Source of the DNA: Takakia lepidozioides
Lineage: Eukaryota > Plantae > Bryophyta
Direction: 5' to 3'
DNA: 64,000 nt
Assembly (NCBI GenBank): GCA_030704615.1
Contig: CM060731.1
Span: forward strand, 89,466,001-89,530,000
Position numbers and translations under genes: made by a program. Below are positions 40,790 to 53,800 of the stretch, in pieces. Position 1 is the first letter of the stretch. Each line of letters starts with the position of its first letter. The notes beneath the pieces are model-generated. The model was not told the DNA's origin. It was given only the letters and a program-made list of their open reading frames with translations, and made no database searches.

Positions 40790-41641
40790 ATCACTAACGC
40801 GTAACCACTAGTCGAGTGGTTCCAACCACTCGCCGAGTGGTTCCAGTTACTAAATGGTCTGTAACCACTCACTCTACTCCACTCTCAAAGTGGTACCAAT
40901 CAATGGGGGTCTTTAACCACTCCAGATCTATGTATACTGTCCCCGTCCATGTGGAATAATATAGTTCATAATTAAATATATTTTGAAATGATAAATCTTA
41001 AATAAAAATTGAATTATTACACGTGGAGTAGCAAGTGGTTTCAATCACCTCCCATCACTCAGGTGTCTTTAACCACTCACAACCCACCACAGAAGTAGTA
41101 CCAATCACTCACGTGTATGTAACCACTCACAAGTGCCCACTTGAAGAGTGGTTCGAGTTACAAAAGGGTCTTAACCACTCACATTCCACCACTGTGCAAG
41201 TGGTACCAATCACTGGGGGGTCTTTAACTACTCCAGATCTACGTATACTATCCTCGTCCACGTGGAATAATATATTTTGAAATGATAAAAATCTTTAAAA
41301 AAAATTATTACACGTGGAGTAGAAAGTGGTTTCAACCACTTCCCATCACTGAGGTGTCTTTAACCACTCATAATTTATCACTGTACCCGTCCATGTCGGA
41401 TATTATCATTATTAATATAAATATTTGACCAAATGTCGAATAATAAATATAAAATTAAATATTACACGTGGATTACTCAGTGGTTGAAACCACTTCCAAC
41501 CACTCCATATGATGCCACCGTGGCATTTCATCGGAATTAACCACTGACTAGTGGTTACCATTACTTGGAGTGATTTATAGAGTGATAAAAGACAATAGTG
41601 GTTAAGGGGGCCAGTGGTTATTCCGGGTTTTTTTTCTAGTG
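40790..41641. mobile_element. Right terminus of a CACTA-type element with ACCACT/AGTGGT subterminal repeats
   Basis: Ends ...ccgggttttttttctagtg (reverse complement CACTAGAAAAAAAA). Dense taaccact/agtggt motifs occur in both orientations just inside. The matching left TIR was not found. Confidence 0.65.
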
Positions 41642-42149
41642 GAATTTTCAGTACTTTGGGTCGCTGGAAATTCGTGAAAAATAGCAAAGTGGGCTTTCCT
41701 GGAGCAATGATTGGCCCTTCAGGTGCGAGATTTGGAATTTCAAGTACTTTTGGTCTTTGAAAATTCGTGAAAAATAGCAAAGTGGATATATCAATATATG
41801 AAGCCTCGACACGGGAGATTGCTATAGGAAAGTAGTCAGCTTTGTTGGAACAATGACGTGGAGATTTTCCAAACTGCAGGGTTTCTGGATGCATAGGGGA
41901 TTGCACTGGACTTGGATGACATTGGACACTAGAGGTCGCACTTGGGGCTCTACATGCCAAGAAGCACTTGGATACATATATACAACTTCAATTTAGTATA
42001 TCGATTTCAATTCTTCACACATGGGCATCGACATAGGGGACACACTTCAATACATAGAGGATTGCACTTGGACTTAGATAACACTGGACACTTGACCAAT
42101 GGTACAGGCTACCCTGGAGGTTGCACTGAGCCTTGACATATGAAACACA

Positions 42150-43380
42150 TGTCAAGTTATTTCACCACTAGTGTGGAACTAGCTAGGAAATAGCTAGCTT
42201 TTACATATTGACATTTGGGATTGGCCCAAGTGTCAATCCAGGAATCAAGGCACATTTAGGCCCTGGAGTGGTTATCTTCACGGCAAGTGCGGGAGGCTCA
42301 TCTTTCTCGAGTTGAGCCTTACCGTGCCTAGCTATGGCGCCGTAGTGTGGATTCCCCATGGCGTGGGGTGCACTTGGCTTGACTTGTATTTGAGTGATGA
42401 GTTTATATATGCACGAGTTTATGCTTCAGTTTTGTGAGCTCGCATGAGCTTGTGCTTTTCTTCTTCTTTATCACTCAAGAAAGATCGGCTCATATCTGTT
42501 AGTGCCAGATACGAGTTAGTTGTAGCACTTGTGGTTTTTGCTTGAGAATGAGAGAAATCAGGTTTGGATGCGAGGAGCATCATCAAATTCGTGGTTGTTA
42601 AGAGCGGAGGCGATGTGGGTTACTAGATGGTAGACCTTGGCATTCGATCTTCAGCTTCAGAGATGAAAGCACCATGCTGCAAGTAATTCCAGAGCACCTT
42701 GATGGTTTCAGATTGTGTGAATGCATGAGCAAGCACGATTGGGAAGAGGATCAGTCAAAAGCAGGTTATAGTGGCTTTGGTGGCAAAGCTGAGAACTGGC
42801 CTTGGGAATGCGAGCTTTCATTGTGTGAAGGATTGCAAGACCAAGCTAAATGGCTGATTTGGCTTGGGGCAAATCAGTGCACTTTGTGGAGCATGTTGAG
42901 ATTGGGTTTCAATCTCGAGCTTCAGCATTGAAGGGCTCTTGCCATGGCAAGAGCAGGGCTCGAACATGAGCTAAGAGGTGCGGCAAGGCCATGGAATGTG
43001 CACTTAGGGTTTCAGAGCTTGGAAGAAGAGCTCTTGTACCACAAGAGAAGTGTCTTGTGGCTGGAAATGTAAACCTTAGGGTTTCAGGAACTTGACAAAG
43101 GTTGTGGAGCGCTTGGTCTTGTCTTAGAGAGCATCAAGGAGCCAAAGAGCCAAGATAGGAGGCTAATATTACCTCTTGTGTGAAGGGGATGCATGTGTGG
43201 AGCATGCGTTCAGCCAAGATAGGGGGCTGATATTACCTCTTGTGTGAAGAGGATGCATGTGTGGAGCATGCATTCAGCCCATTGAAGCTTCCATCTTCAA
43301 GCTTGGAGGGCAAGCAAGGAAGAGGGAAGGGTTGACTTCTCTTATGTGAGGGCAACGCATGTGTGGAGCATGTTTTCAGC
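42150..43380 (+). mobile_element. Second copy (5' end) of the methyltransferase-retroelement family, interrupted by the CACTA insertion at 43381
   Basis: Inverted homolog of 60024 to about 58857. It starts at the same TGTCAAGTTATT terminus and includes repeat B, the primer site and the leader. Confidence 0.92.
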
Positions 43381-44555
43381 CACTACAACAGATGAGCGTT
43401 TTTATGACTTCACATATGACTATTTTTTCAGTCTTATATGCGTTCATGACTACATCACTCTGTAGTGAAAAAACCCTGTCATAGCGACTAGTCTTTAGGA
43501 CTGCGTTTTGCAAGTCATATCCGTGACTGCTTGCGTGGCACCTGGAGTCCTATTGCCGAGAGGGTTGCAGTCACAACTATATGACTAATATATGACTACA
43601 TTGTCTGTTGAGCGCTGCCTACATGGAGAGGCTTCAGCGGGACACGTGTGCCACTGCGCAAGCGACACGTCATGCATTCGTCAGGGGATCATATGACTAT
43701 ATGTCTGCAAAGTGATGCCTACATGGAGAGGCGACGGATGGACACGTGCGCCACTGCGAATTTGACATGTCACGACTTCTTGCCATGATCATATGACTAC
43801 ATGTCTGCACAGTGATGCCTACATGGAGAGGCGCTAGCGGGACACGTGTGCTATGGCAGATTTCACACGTGGTGACTACATGACTCGCTCATATGACTAC
43901 AGGGATGTCTACATGGAGAGTTGTTAGCGGGACACCTGTTGCACTTGAGATGTGACATGTGGCACACAGACAAAATATATGACTAGCATATATGACTACG
44001 GATCTTTACACGTGGTGAAAATATGGATAAAGAATGTCGTGTCATATACTGCCACGTGTTCTGGTTGAGCAAGAGTGATGTCACGTGTCATCAAGATTGT
44101 TTTCCGAAATAGTTTATATTTTTAATGTTCATATTTTATTTTTAGTTTTCATTTAATATTTAAAAGAACAGTGAGATTGCATCCTTGGATTTTTTTTTTA
44201 ATGGTATTATTTTTAATATTATTATTTAAAATAAAAGTGAATTAAATGATTTAAAATCTTCATTACATGGTGAAATTCCAACATGAAAACAGAATGGATC
44301 CCTCCTACATACTATCAACCACAAGGAGAATGAAAATAGACAACTACAGGGCAATACAAGCCCTATAAATCACATTACAAAAATCCAAATGAGACCAATG
44401 TCCCAATGGACACCTCAAAAGCCACAAGGTCAAAAAATCCATGCCTCAAAAGGCCCAGCCAAAAACAAGCAAGCCCACACATGGGCTGAATTGTTGTAGC
44501 TAGTATATTCTAGTGCTATTAGAATCAAGAACTCTGTTAAACAGTGCAATACTGA

Positions 44556-47500
44556 CTATCCCTTCCGCAGCTCCATAAGTTTCAGTAACTTTAGACTCCA
44601 AAGTGTTGTCTGGCCAACCACATGCCCCAACTCGGTCTGTTTCCTAACACCATTCACATATGGTAGAGGGGTGTTACTGACACATGCTTCTTTGATGTAC
44701 ACACAGGCATAATCAAGGGGCACAGCAGGGTACCCGTAACCCACCACAGCACCTTGAAGAGCAACAATCAGCCCTACTCCACATTTCTTGCGTTTGGAGT
44801 TCACATCCAACAGCCGAACCTCGTCACCCACCCTGAACTGTGATCCCAACTCCACACAAAAAAGAACACGATGTGAAAACCCATGACATACACACGACTA
44901 GGACACTCAACATTTGCGAATTAAAGAGAGCCCCAAGGTTGGAAAAAATAAAACAAACAAGACAACGGCCTGGACTTACTCCATTTGCAGTCTCCAGTGG
45001 TTGTGAGACCTCTTTTGGGGGGCTACTCGCCGGGTTGACACTCTTGCCCCTCATCTGTACCGGCTAGTCGACAATATCTTGCCACACATCTTCCCCACAA
45101 AACCTTTGGGAAGGGATGCAGGCCCATTAGCAGAATGAAAAGATTCACATAAAGACCATTTAAGTCCAGAATTAGTAAATGCTTCCTCGTTGGTCCAGGA
45201 AGTAAACTGACATTTGGCTTCAACATGTGAGCAGGAGAAATTAAAGCAACCTGCTTGTTTGTTTTGTCCTCGTCTGTATCTTCCTCCCCATTTAAACTCC
45301 CACATACCTGCATACCAGAATCCGGTGTGCCCGGCGGCTCTGTCACCATTGCCCCCTGGACTGCTACTACCTTTGTACGTGGCAAGGGCTGAATTTCCAC
45401 GTGTACCTCACAGCTGGCCTTCCCTGTATCCTGCTACTGCTCGGTCAAATTCAAAAGATCATCAGTGACAGGAAGACATAAGGGCTTAGAGTGAGCACCA
45501 GTTACCGTCTGAAATTGGGATTCCAAACATTTTGATACTGTCACAGCAGACGTATCCATCGTAGATGTCACTGGTCCTGCGCCTGGTAGATTAATCCCCA
45601 ATCTGGTCACAATGGCTTTCTGGTACTCAATCATACTCTGCATCTGTAATTTTAATTCTGCCATGTCACGTCCTTGTGATTCCACCAGTTTGTCCAAGCC
45701 ATCCATCCTGCCAACTACTGTAGAATATGCGAGACTTCCCTCCTGCCAATCCATGAAAACTTGCCCAAGTATGAATCAAACCAAAAAAACCTAGCATGAA
45801 CAACCATTGGAAAGAAAACCCAGGCCAAAAGCCTTGAAAAAAACCCTAGCAACCTATGATGCAGCAACCACTCTAGCAAACGTGGAAAACACACTTACCC
45901 GCCTGTCACTCCCAGCTGACAACCGTGACACTGAACCCTCTTGAATTTCATATAATGTAGGAGGGCACCCTGATAGTGTTTCCTACAAATTAATCCATGC
46001 CACAAGTCAGTAAGCAATGTGAGGGCTGACTATATACACATAGCAATTCAATGAGGAACAAAATACAGAGTCGTGATGATGCCACTTACCAAGCGTGCTT
46101 CCACCATTGCCTTCCCACCACGGCCAGTCTTGGTAGGATTCTAAATTGCACCATTTGCCTTCTTCATGTTGCCCGACACTTTGTGGAACACCTCTGTCTG
46201 CCAGTAACTTACAAGCTTGTTCCATACCTCGTCAGATACAGTAATGGGTTTCCCCTTACCACCCAACCACGCAGTGTGTGCTTCATAACGCTGGCTCTTC
46301 ATTATTCTTTTAGGTGGAAGTCTTTTAACTTGTGTGGCGTATATGAAAATAGCTTAGCCAGGTGATCTCTGATTTTGTATACAACTTCATCAGGTTGGTT
46401 GTTGATGGCAAGGGAACAATCTAGCTTGCGATAAGCCTGTCCTTTAAGGGCAGCGTGCCATACATTCCGGGTCTGACCATACGGGGCTCCTTTGAGGTTC
46501 GTCAAAATCACCGTGGGAGAAAGACCTGCAGCTATTCTCTCTTCCTTCACCTTGGCAGCTTCAATTTTGGCTGAGCTATTAGCCTCCTTAAAGCATTGGT
46601 TCTATCATTCTTTGAAACGGCACCCTCCCCTCCTTCAGAGACCTCCGTGCGCTCAGGAGAATTCAAAGCAGGATCCTGCCAAGTAGGGACTGGTGGCCAT
46701 GGCTGTTGGCCAGAAGGCCGAGGACCATACTGGCCATACTGTCCATAAGCAGGAGGATATTCCGGTGGCCTGCCACCCCATAGCTATTAGGGGGTGGCAA
46801 ATATGGTGGAGGAGGATACTGGCCATACTGCCATATGGAGGAGCACCATATTGACCCTGACCATACTGAGTGCCAGACTGTGGGTACTGAGGCATACCAT
46901 AATAAGGTGGGGGTACTGGTGGCACAGAACCCACAACGATGGGAGAGTTAGGGCCACCTCCTGCGTTCTTGTGGGCGCCATCTCCATTGCTAGCAGCAGG
47001 GATCGTGGATCCAGTGCGCTTGTGCTTGCCCTGAAAAGAAATTCCCCCAGTACAATGTGGGTGATTACACATACATATAGGCAGCAAGCAGCAAATCCTT
47101 GAATTCAATATAACAAACTGGAAGCACATATCATTTGTAAAGACAAGATTACCCAAAACTCAGTATGATCTTGGGCAGTAAATCTCCCAAATTTGATTGG
47201 CCCCAATGATGTCCTCCCAGTACATTTTTGAGCCCTCTTAGGTATGGGGTGTTCCTGAAATCCATAGCAAGAATTCAAATGGACAAACCTGATGGGTCCA
47301 TGAGAAGTATCCCTCCAAGTTTTACTGATATTCTGGGTGCATAAGTAACCCAAGTATCTCTATAAGTAGCCATTGTAGCTTAGTACCAGGACGTTGGTTT
47401 CATGGGGCAATTTGAACACACCTGAAGTCTACATTGGCCTGACATCATGCCTTTGGCACTTCAACTTGTCTAGTGGAAATCATTTGTGATTGTGCCTTGG

Positions 47501-47953
47501 CTGACCCCTGCATTGTCCAACTTCCCTGTCTTGACAGACATACCCTATCTCTTCATGATCTTACCATACCCTATCTCTTCGTGATTTTACCAAAAACATA
47601 CATAATTTGAATCATGGTCATTGTGAAGAACTATAACTCACAGACGGAGAAGGTGTTCGTAGTGTAGATGATGGGCGTTTTTGTCCTGCGACATGAGCAT
47701 GGGCATGTTCTCCTCGGCTTGCCGTGGCATCCGCCGACGACGCACTCGCCTCGCACTGGCGTGGGAGGAGTGGATCGTCCTCATCGTCCTCAGAAGAGCC
47801 CTCATGCAGAATCGTAGTCTTCATCGTCTTCAGTCTGGCACTTTGCCTTGCAGGACCTTGATCCCTAGTTTTTCCTTCGGAGCGCGTGGCTTGCGAGGGC
47901 GATTCGCTCCCGCAAGCCTGCACAAACACCTCCATGACCTCCCTCTCAAACAA
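44556..47953 (-). pseudogene. CACTA ORF2 (TnpA-like accessory gene), multi-exon and degenerate
   Basis: The terminal exon FRVGDEVRLL...GLIV...VPLDYACVYI...TPLPY...LGHVVGQTTLW resembles the Tnp1/En/Spm-like C-terminal domain. Upstream exons lie at about 45030-45750, 46100-46600, 46650-47030 and 47640-47950. Confidence 0.55.
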
Positions 47954-48495
47954 TCACAAACAAATGCAAGCATACATACCCTAATACTCTTAAGCCTACG
48001 CTGAACCACAGCCGCACCCTACCAGGACGTAATGGCTGCCCCGAATGACGGCGGACATCTCCCGCCTAATGACACACCCTCCTCAAACCTAATCGTCACT
48101 CACTGCATGTTGTTTGCCTCTCTGTTTGTACAAGTCGCAGCTACTCGCCCCCATTTGTGCTATGAAGCTTATGATCGTTGTAGGAAGGTTAGAGGATAAG
48201 GCGAATCGCAAGTTTAGTGGGTGGGTATCCAAAGTCAGGAACTAAACTCACCCATCTATCGACTGCTTGAACGTTGCTTCCACCTCCTTTATGGCAGCAA
48301 TCCGGCGCTCTCAAAACTTCTCGTACTCAGTGAGAGGGACTGTCACTTCGAAGACCTTCCGCTTCACCATGGACACTCAGAAACGATACTTATAGTATAC
48401 TATAGATATAGAAATAGCACATTGGCAGCTGGTGCAAAACTAGAGACAATGCACTGTGCGTAGCATGCAAAGAGGGAAGGGGTGACGTTCAAAGC

Positions 48496-48708
48496 ATGTA
48501 CAGTGCAGGTGGCGACCGGATGCGTAGGCGTAGAATAGATGACCGTCTATGGCGAATGGAAGAAGCTTATGCCACAAGGAATGGGCATACAAAAATGCTA
48601 TGCAACTGCGATGAGTGTCATGGAGGAAAAGTACTATTGTTGGAAACAGTGAGGAATCATTACATGATACACGGGAGGGATCCTCTTCTCCAACGCTGTT
48701 CTCTTCCG
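48496..48708 (+). CDS. CACTA transposase 5' exon (transposase-associated Cys/His domain)
   Basis: KMLCNCDECHGG...VRNHYMIHG motif. The donor CCG|gtaag at 48708 splices in phase to the acceptor gcag|GGA at 60125 across the retroelement-containing intron. Confidence 0.75.
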
Positions 48709-49007
48709 GTAAGATCGTCACTTTCCCTTCAGCACTTTAGTTTGAATTTTGAATGCAACGATCCTCTTCTCCACATGTCGACATTTTCGTTGGGTGATTG
48801 TAGTCAAGAAGTCATAAGATACAGACGTGACTATGACTACGCCACTTCCGTTATCATTTTAATTAATGCACATGTCGTGTTTTCATTGGTCATGTGTAGT
48901 CATGTAGTCATATATGACTAAGTAAGTGACTGCAACTATGACTTCAATGGTTACAAATGTCGTGTTTTGATTGGGTGTATATTCATAAGATACATACGTA
49001 AATATGA

Positions 49008-49712
49008 TGTCGTGCGCATACATATCGCTACACAACTACATCGTTGTCCAAAACCACACAACACATGTGCACACCACACACTAGTATACCACTAGTCTAC
49101 CACTAGTCCAACCACTAGTCCAACCACTAGGCTACAACTAGTCAGTCACTAGGCTGCCACTACACTGCCCACTATGGCAGTCGCTAGTCCACACAATGAT
49201 AAAGAAGAAGAATACAAGCACAAGCTCATGCGAGCTCACAAAGCTGAAGCATAAACTCATGCATATATAACCTCATCACTCAAATACAAGTCAAGCCAAG
49301 TGCACCCCACGCCATGGGGAATCCACACTACGGCGCCATAGCTAGGCGCGGTGAGGCTCAACTCGAGAAAGATGAGCCTCCCGCGCTTGCCGTGAAGATA
49401 ACCACTCCAGGGCCTAAATCTGCCTTGACCCCTGGATTGACACTTGGGCCAATCCCAAATGTCAATATGTAAAAGCTAGCTATTTCCTAGCTAGTTTCAC
49501 ACTAGTGGTAAAATAACTTGATAGCTGTCGTGCGCATACATATCGCTACACAACTACATCGCTGTCCAAAACCACACAACACATGTGCACACCACACACT
49601 AGTATACCACTAGTCTACCACTAGTCCAGCCACTAGTCCAACCACTAGGCTACAACTAGTCAGTCACTAGGCTGCCACTACGCTGCCACTATGGCAGTCA
49701 CTAGTCCACACA
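49008..49712 (-). repeat. 3' terminal repeat block: A2 (49008-49195), B2 (49197-49523), A1 (49526-49712)
   Basis: A1 and A2 are ~188-bp near-identical direct repeats. B2 (327 bp) matches 59698-60024 with 3 C/T differences. Confidence 0.95.
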
Positions 49713-49724
49713 ATCGCCCCCCTA
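49713..49724 (-). promoter_or_regulatory. Polypurine-tract-like element preceding repeat A1
   Basis: The minus strand reads TAGGGGGGCGAT immediately before TGTGTGGACTAG. Confidence 0.65.
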
Positions 49725-49974
49725 GCTGGTGCTTAGGTCCCTCTAAGTCCAGGTAGCCACAAGATGTGATAGTGACCATAGCCTCACTAAGTCCTCCACC
49801 ACTATCCCTACTACACTCAAACTCGATAGATCAAGAGGCCGGGTGCAAGAGTTGCCCCATCGTTAGTCGCCGTCTTGCAACCTGTGAACTTGAGCTTGGG
49901 ATCTCATGTATTGACTCCTATGAGCTTGGCCTCCCATGTCTTGTTAGCTGCCTCCAGTCATGTCCACTGCCACT

Positions 49975-50125
49975 ATCCAAGCAGTGTGGACACAACCAAT
50001 CTCCGTCAGGCACCTTCTCAAGAGGTGGTGTCAAGCATCCCATATGCCAACCCCTTGAGCACCGATCACACACCAGCATGGTGGCTGCCCCTTTGGCAGA
50101 CCCACAGAGCATGCACCTCAAACCT
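49975..50125 (-). CDS. PHD finger at the integrase C-terminus
   Basis: CMLC...MLVCDRCSRGWHMGCLTPPLEKVPDGDWLCPHC is a C4HC3 pattern with the conserved Trp. Confidence 0.9.
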
Positions 50126-50199
50126 GCAGGTACCACTGCCAAGTTTGGGTCAACTCTGCCATCGACATTGGGAAGGTGACATGGCGCACAATTACGCAC

Positions 50200-51300
50200 A
50201 TGGTCTTTTCAAGTCATGCCATCCCGACCCTCTAAGATCAGGACCCCTGAGGGCAACACCTCTCGAACCCTCAGAATAACACGCCCTGCAGTAACATCCA
50301 GAGTCGTAGGAGCAGTCTGCTGCAAATAAACATAGTCACCAGGGCTAAACCTCCGAACCCCAGGACGATATCCTCCACCACGTATAGTGGCATACCTCAA
50401 CGTATCACGGTGCTTGTGCAATGGCAAGGTTCTCAAAAAGCCATGGGCATGACTTTCTTGAACAACTCTGCACGCTGATCACATGCACGTACCCACACAT
50501 CCGGATCATCAAGGTTAAGGACTTGAGCAGTGTCCTACGAATGGCTGCAGGCAAATCCGGCTCTCGGCCAAAGAGAGGAAATATGGTGAGAAGGAAGCAA
50601 GTGATGCTTGTTTGCTGAACGCCTGTAGCCCATGGCTAACCAAGGAACCTGAAGATCCCAATCTCCTAGGTGTCCCTTCTGCAAGCCATACTTGCGCAAA
50701 CCCCTCTTCACCGTCTGAACAACTCTCTCTGCTAAGCCATCGGCCTCAGGATGATCCCGAGAAGTGGTGCGGTGGTCTATCAAGGCTTTATCACACAAAG
50801 CCTGAAACTCCCCCAAGAACTCTCTCCCTTGGTCCGTGAGTACCTCAGCTGGAGCACCAAATCGGCTAAGCACACGATCCAAGAATGCATACGCAGCCCC
50901 CTCACTAGCCTTGTCAGGCAATGGAACCAACTCAATCCACTTGGAGAAGTGCTCCACCATCACCAACACATATCTGTGGTGGCGCATAGTCAGTGGCAAC
51001 GGTCCTGCGAAGTCAAGACTCCACCTGTAGCCCAATCCCATGATTGGTAAAGGATGCAACTGTGGTGTAGGGGGTTGAATGAAGCACGCACCCTGTCACA
51101 CACCATGCACCTAGCCACGAACTGTTGCACCTCTGTATGCATACCACGCCACCAATACTGCCCCTGCAGTAAACTGTGAGTGCGTCGCACTCCAAAATGC
51201 CCCAACTCCTCATGGGCATGCCGCACTAACCGTGCACGCTGTGTGGGTGAGGCACAATCCTCACCCGACCATCCTCCCACACTCGAAGTAGGTGTATCCC
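50200..51300 (-). pseudogene. DDE integrase (HHCC, rve core and C-terminal domain), frameshifted
   Basis: HAHEELGHFG...CMVC; WSLDFAGPLP; VLTDQGREF; ADGLAERVVQTVK. Confidence 0.93.
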
Positions 51301-51599
51301 CTCCCACTTGAACCTCTTGGCTCGTTGCAGGATCCGATCCCTCTCCTGGCAGTCACAATGGCTGCCGTGTCTCCCGTGCGGAGGTAGTCCAACACAGCCG
51401 AATCCTCATGTATATCTCTGGCACCACCTGCTCATCACTAGCCTCAGGGTCCTCAGACACTCCGTCTACAGTCATCCCTTTGTAGGTCCAATCTGACCTC
51501 CCGATGCCAAGATACACAAAAATGCAGATGCGTGCCATCCCGCACCATCTCCTCGTCCGTCTCACCATGCCACCGAGCTCCAGTGTCATCCTGCTGGCT

Positions 51600-52440
51600 C
51601 ATGCATGGATTGCGACTCAATCCATCCGCATCCCGATTGACCAAACCCGGTCGATGCACAACCTGAAAGTCATTGTCTCTAAAGCTCGAACTCGGCTTCA
51701 ACAATGGCCTCTGTCATCCTCCAGGATATATCATGTGACCCAGATACTCAATCTGGTTGTGGAAAAACTTGCACTTCCCCGGATGCGTGCGCTCTCAAGC
51801 GCTCCAATACCACCTGAAGGTGTCTCTCATGCTCCTCCATCGTAACACTAAAGATGATGATGTCATCTATGTAGCACCGAGCAAAGTCCACCCCTGCTAG
51901 AATCCTATCCATGACTCTCTGAAACTCTGCAGGAGCATTCTTAAGCCCAAATGGTAAGAACCGCCACTGATATAGGCAATCCTTGCCGTGCTCATTGATC
52001 CCCCAGAATGTCGTCTTCTGCTTGTCCGCCTCCTTGATTGGCAACTGGTGATATCCGGATCGTAAATCCAAAGTGCTAAAGCCTTAGCATGCCCGATGGC
52101 ATCAAAGATCTCCTCATGGCATACTTATCGGACTTGGTCTGACGATTTACAGGCCGGTAATCACCGCACATACGTCTCTCCGTCCAATTGCCATAGACAT
52201 CCTTCTTGGCTGGCATCACTGTGGCTGAAGCATACTCTCCACCAGAGAGCTCCACCAAACCTGCCTCCCAGAGATCTTGAGTCCTCATCTGAATCAAAGA
52301 CCTCTCCATGTCACTGTATCTATAGGGTCTCCGAAAGATTGGCGTGTCAGTGGCCAACTCAATACGGATCTCTTGACCCTTCAGTGCTCCCAAGTCCTTC
52401 AAACTGAAGGCAAAGCAATTCCTGTAAGCCCTCAGGAACC
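51600..52440 (-). pseudogene. Ty3/Gypsy reverse transcriptase followed by only the C-terminal remnant of RNase H
   Basis: RMCGDYRPVN, DLRSGYHQL, LPFGLKNAPAEFQRVMD and CYIDDIIIFS are present. Shortly after KFFHNQIEYLGH the sequence jumps to DFQVVHRPGLVNRDADGLSR. Confidence 0.93.
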
Positions 52441-52849
52441 GCCGTATACGTCGTCTCTCTCCTCCGTGACAATGGGTCCAATGTCAGGCTCCCAATTGTC
52501 CTCCGTAACTGCAACCTTAAGTCCAGTGGGCTTAGAGGTAGAGGACGCGTCCCGTGGTTGCTATGTTGCAACCTCTTGAGCAGTACTCCCTACCTGCTCA
52601 GTCAATGACAAGGCCTCATCCTGCCCCATCATCTCATCCTTGAGGACCTCCTCAACCGAGAAGAATCCCCCTCATCCATCACAGCCGCCTTGGCTGCCAA
52701 CTCCCTCTGAACCTCGAGCACCTCCCACGTGTGCCATGGATGCATGCACCCCGTGGTCCTCACATGCTCGCCCCACTCACTGCCTGTACCGTCTCGGTAG
52801 GCAGAGACCATTGAGGGAAGTGTACCGCACTCTGCGTTGCTCAGAGCCA

Positions 52850-53800
52850 AGCTGATAATCCAGGTCAAGCAATTGAGATCCATTGCTTGCCCCAACACTT
52901 GACGACGTGATGCCTCAGAAAGAGACGTGGTACCAGTGGTAAAACCCATTGCCCGCTCACGCTCGTCAGCATTAGGCTCCACTAACTGCTGCAACTGAGC
53001 ATCCCACAGGAGGCCAGGTCCACTATCCCGGAAAGCATGCGATCCTGGGAAGCTGAGCAGTGTAGGTAATGCTGCTCGTGGTTGACCCACCTTGTTGACC
53101 ACTGCCAAAGGCGAACGGTCATCGTGTCTCACACGCTGAGACTGCCTCCCTGTGTCCAGAATGTTATCCACTGTGAGATGTGCTGGCCGCTGCACCCCAT
53201 CAAATGCACGCTTGAGCAGTGCGGGTGGCATCAAGTTAGTCCACCATAGCCGTGGACGATGAGCCCGTGACCCCACTGTAGCTGCATCTAGCAACACTGC
53301 TGACCCAAGCCACGACCGGACTTGATGCACACTGGCCATCACCCTGGCCCGAGAATCGCCCATCAGTGGCACATTCTCCAAGATGTATGCTGGAGATACA
53401 GCTTGATGAAGCTGCAAGTGGCGCAAAACCCGCACCATCTCCCAAAACAGACCCGACCTCGAGTCTCGCAATCCATTGCCATGCCCGGCTGATGAATGCC
53501 CTTGGCAGGGCCAACCTGCCACTACCAGATCAATGGAGCCAACCCGCTCCAAATCCTGCGCCCCCAGCAACGAAATGTCTGCTGGCAAGGCCTGCTGATA
53601 TCCACGAATTGCAGACACCGACAACAACTCAGGGTACCGCTGCACCAACTGAGCAACATGGCGAAGTGAAACGCGTCGTGCAGTCTCATCCCTCTCCACA
53701 TACAGGTAACGCCGAACTCGTACACCTGCCTGTAACACAGCAGCCAATCCGGTGCTGATCCCCGCCAAACAAGTCCAGAAGACAAATGCCTTCATCCGGA
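52850..53800 (-). pseudogene. DNMT3-like DNA (cytosine-5) methyltransferase domain within pol (one frameshift at about 53760)
   Basis: Motif I LLDLFGG/ISTG, II YVERD, IV IDLVVAGWPCQGHS (PCQ at 53510-53502), VI YILENV, VIII AHRPRLWWTN, IX ERERAMGF and X RRQVLGQAM, in canonical order. Confidence 0.92.
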
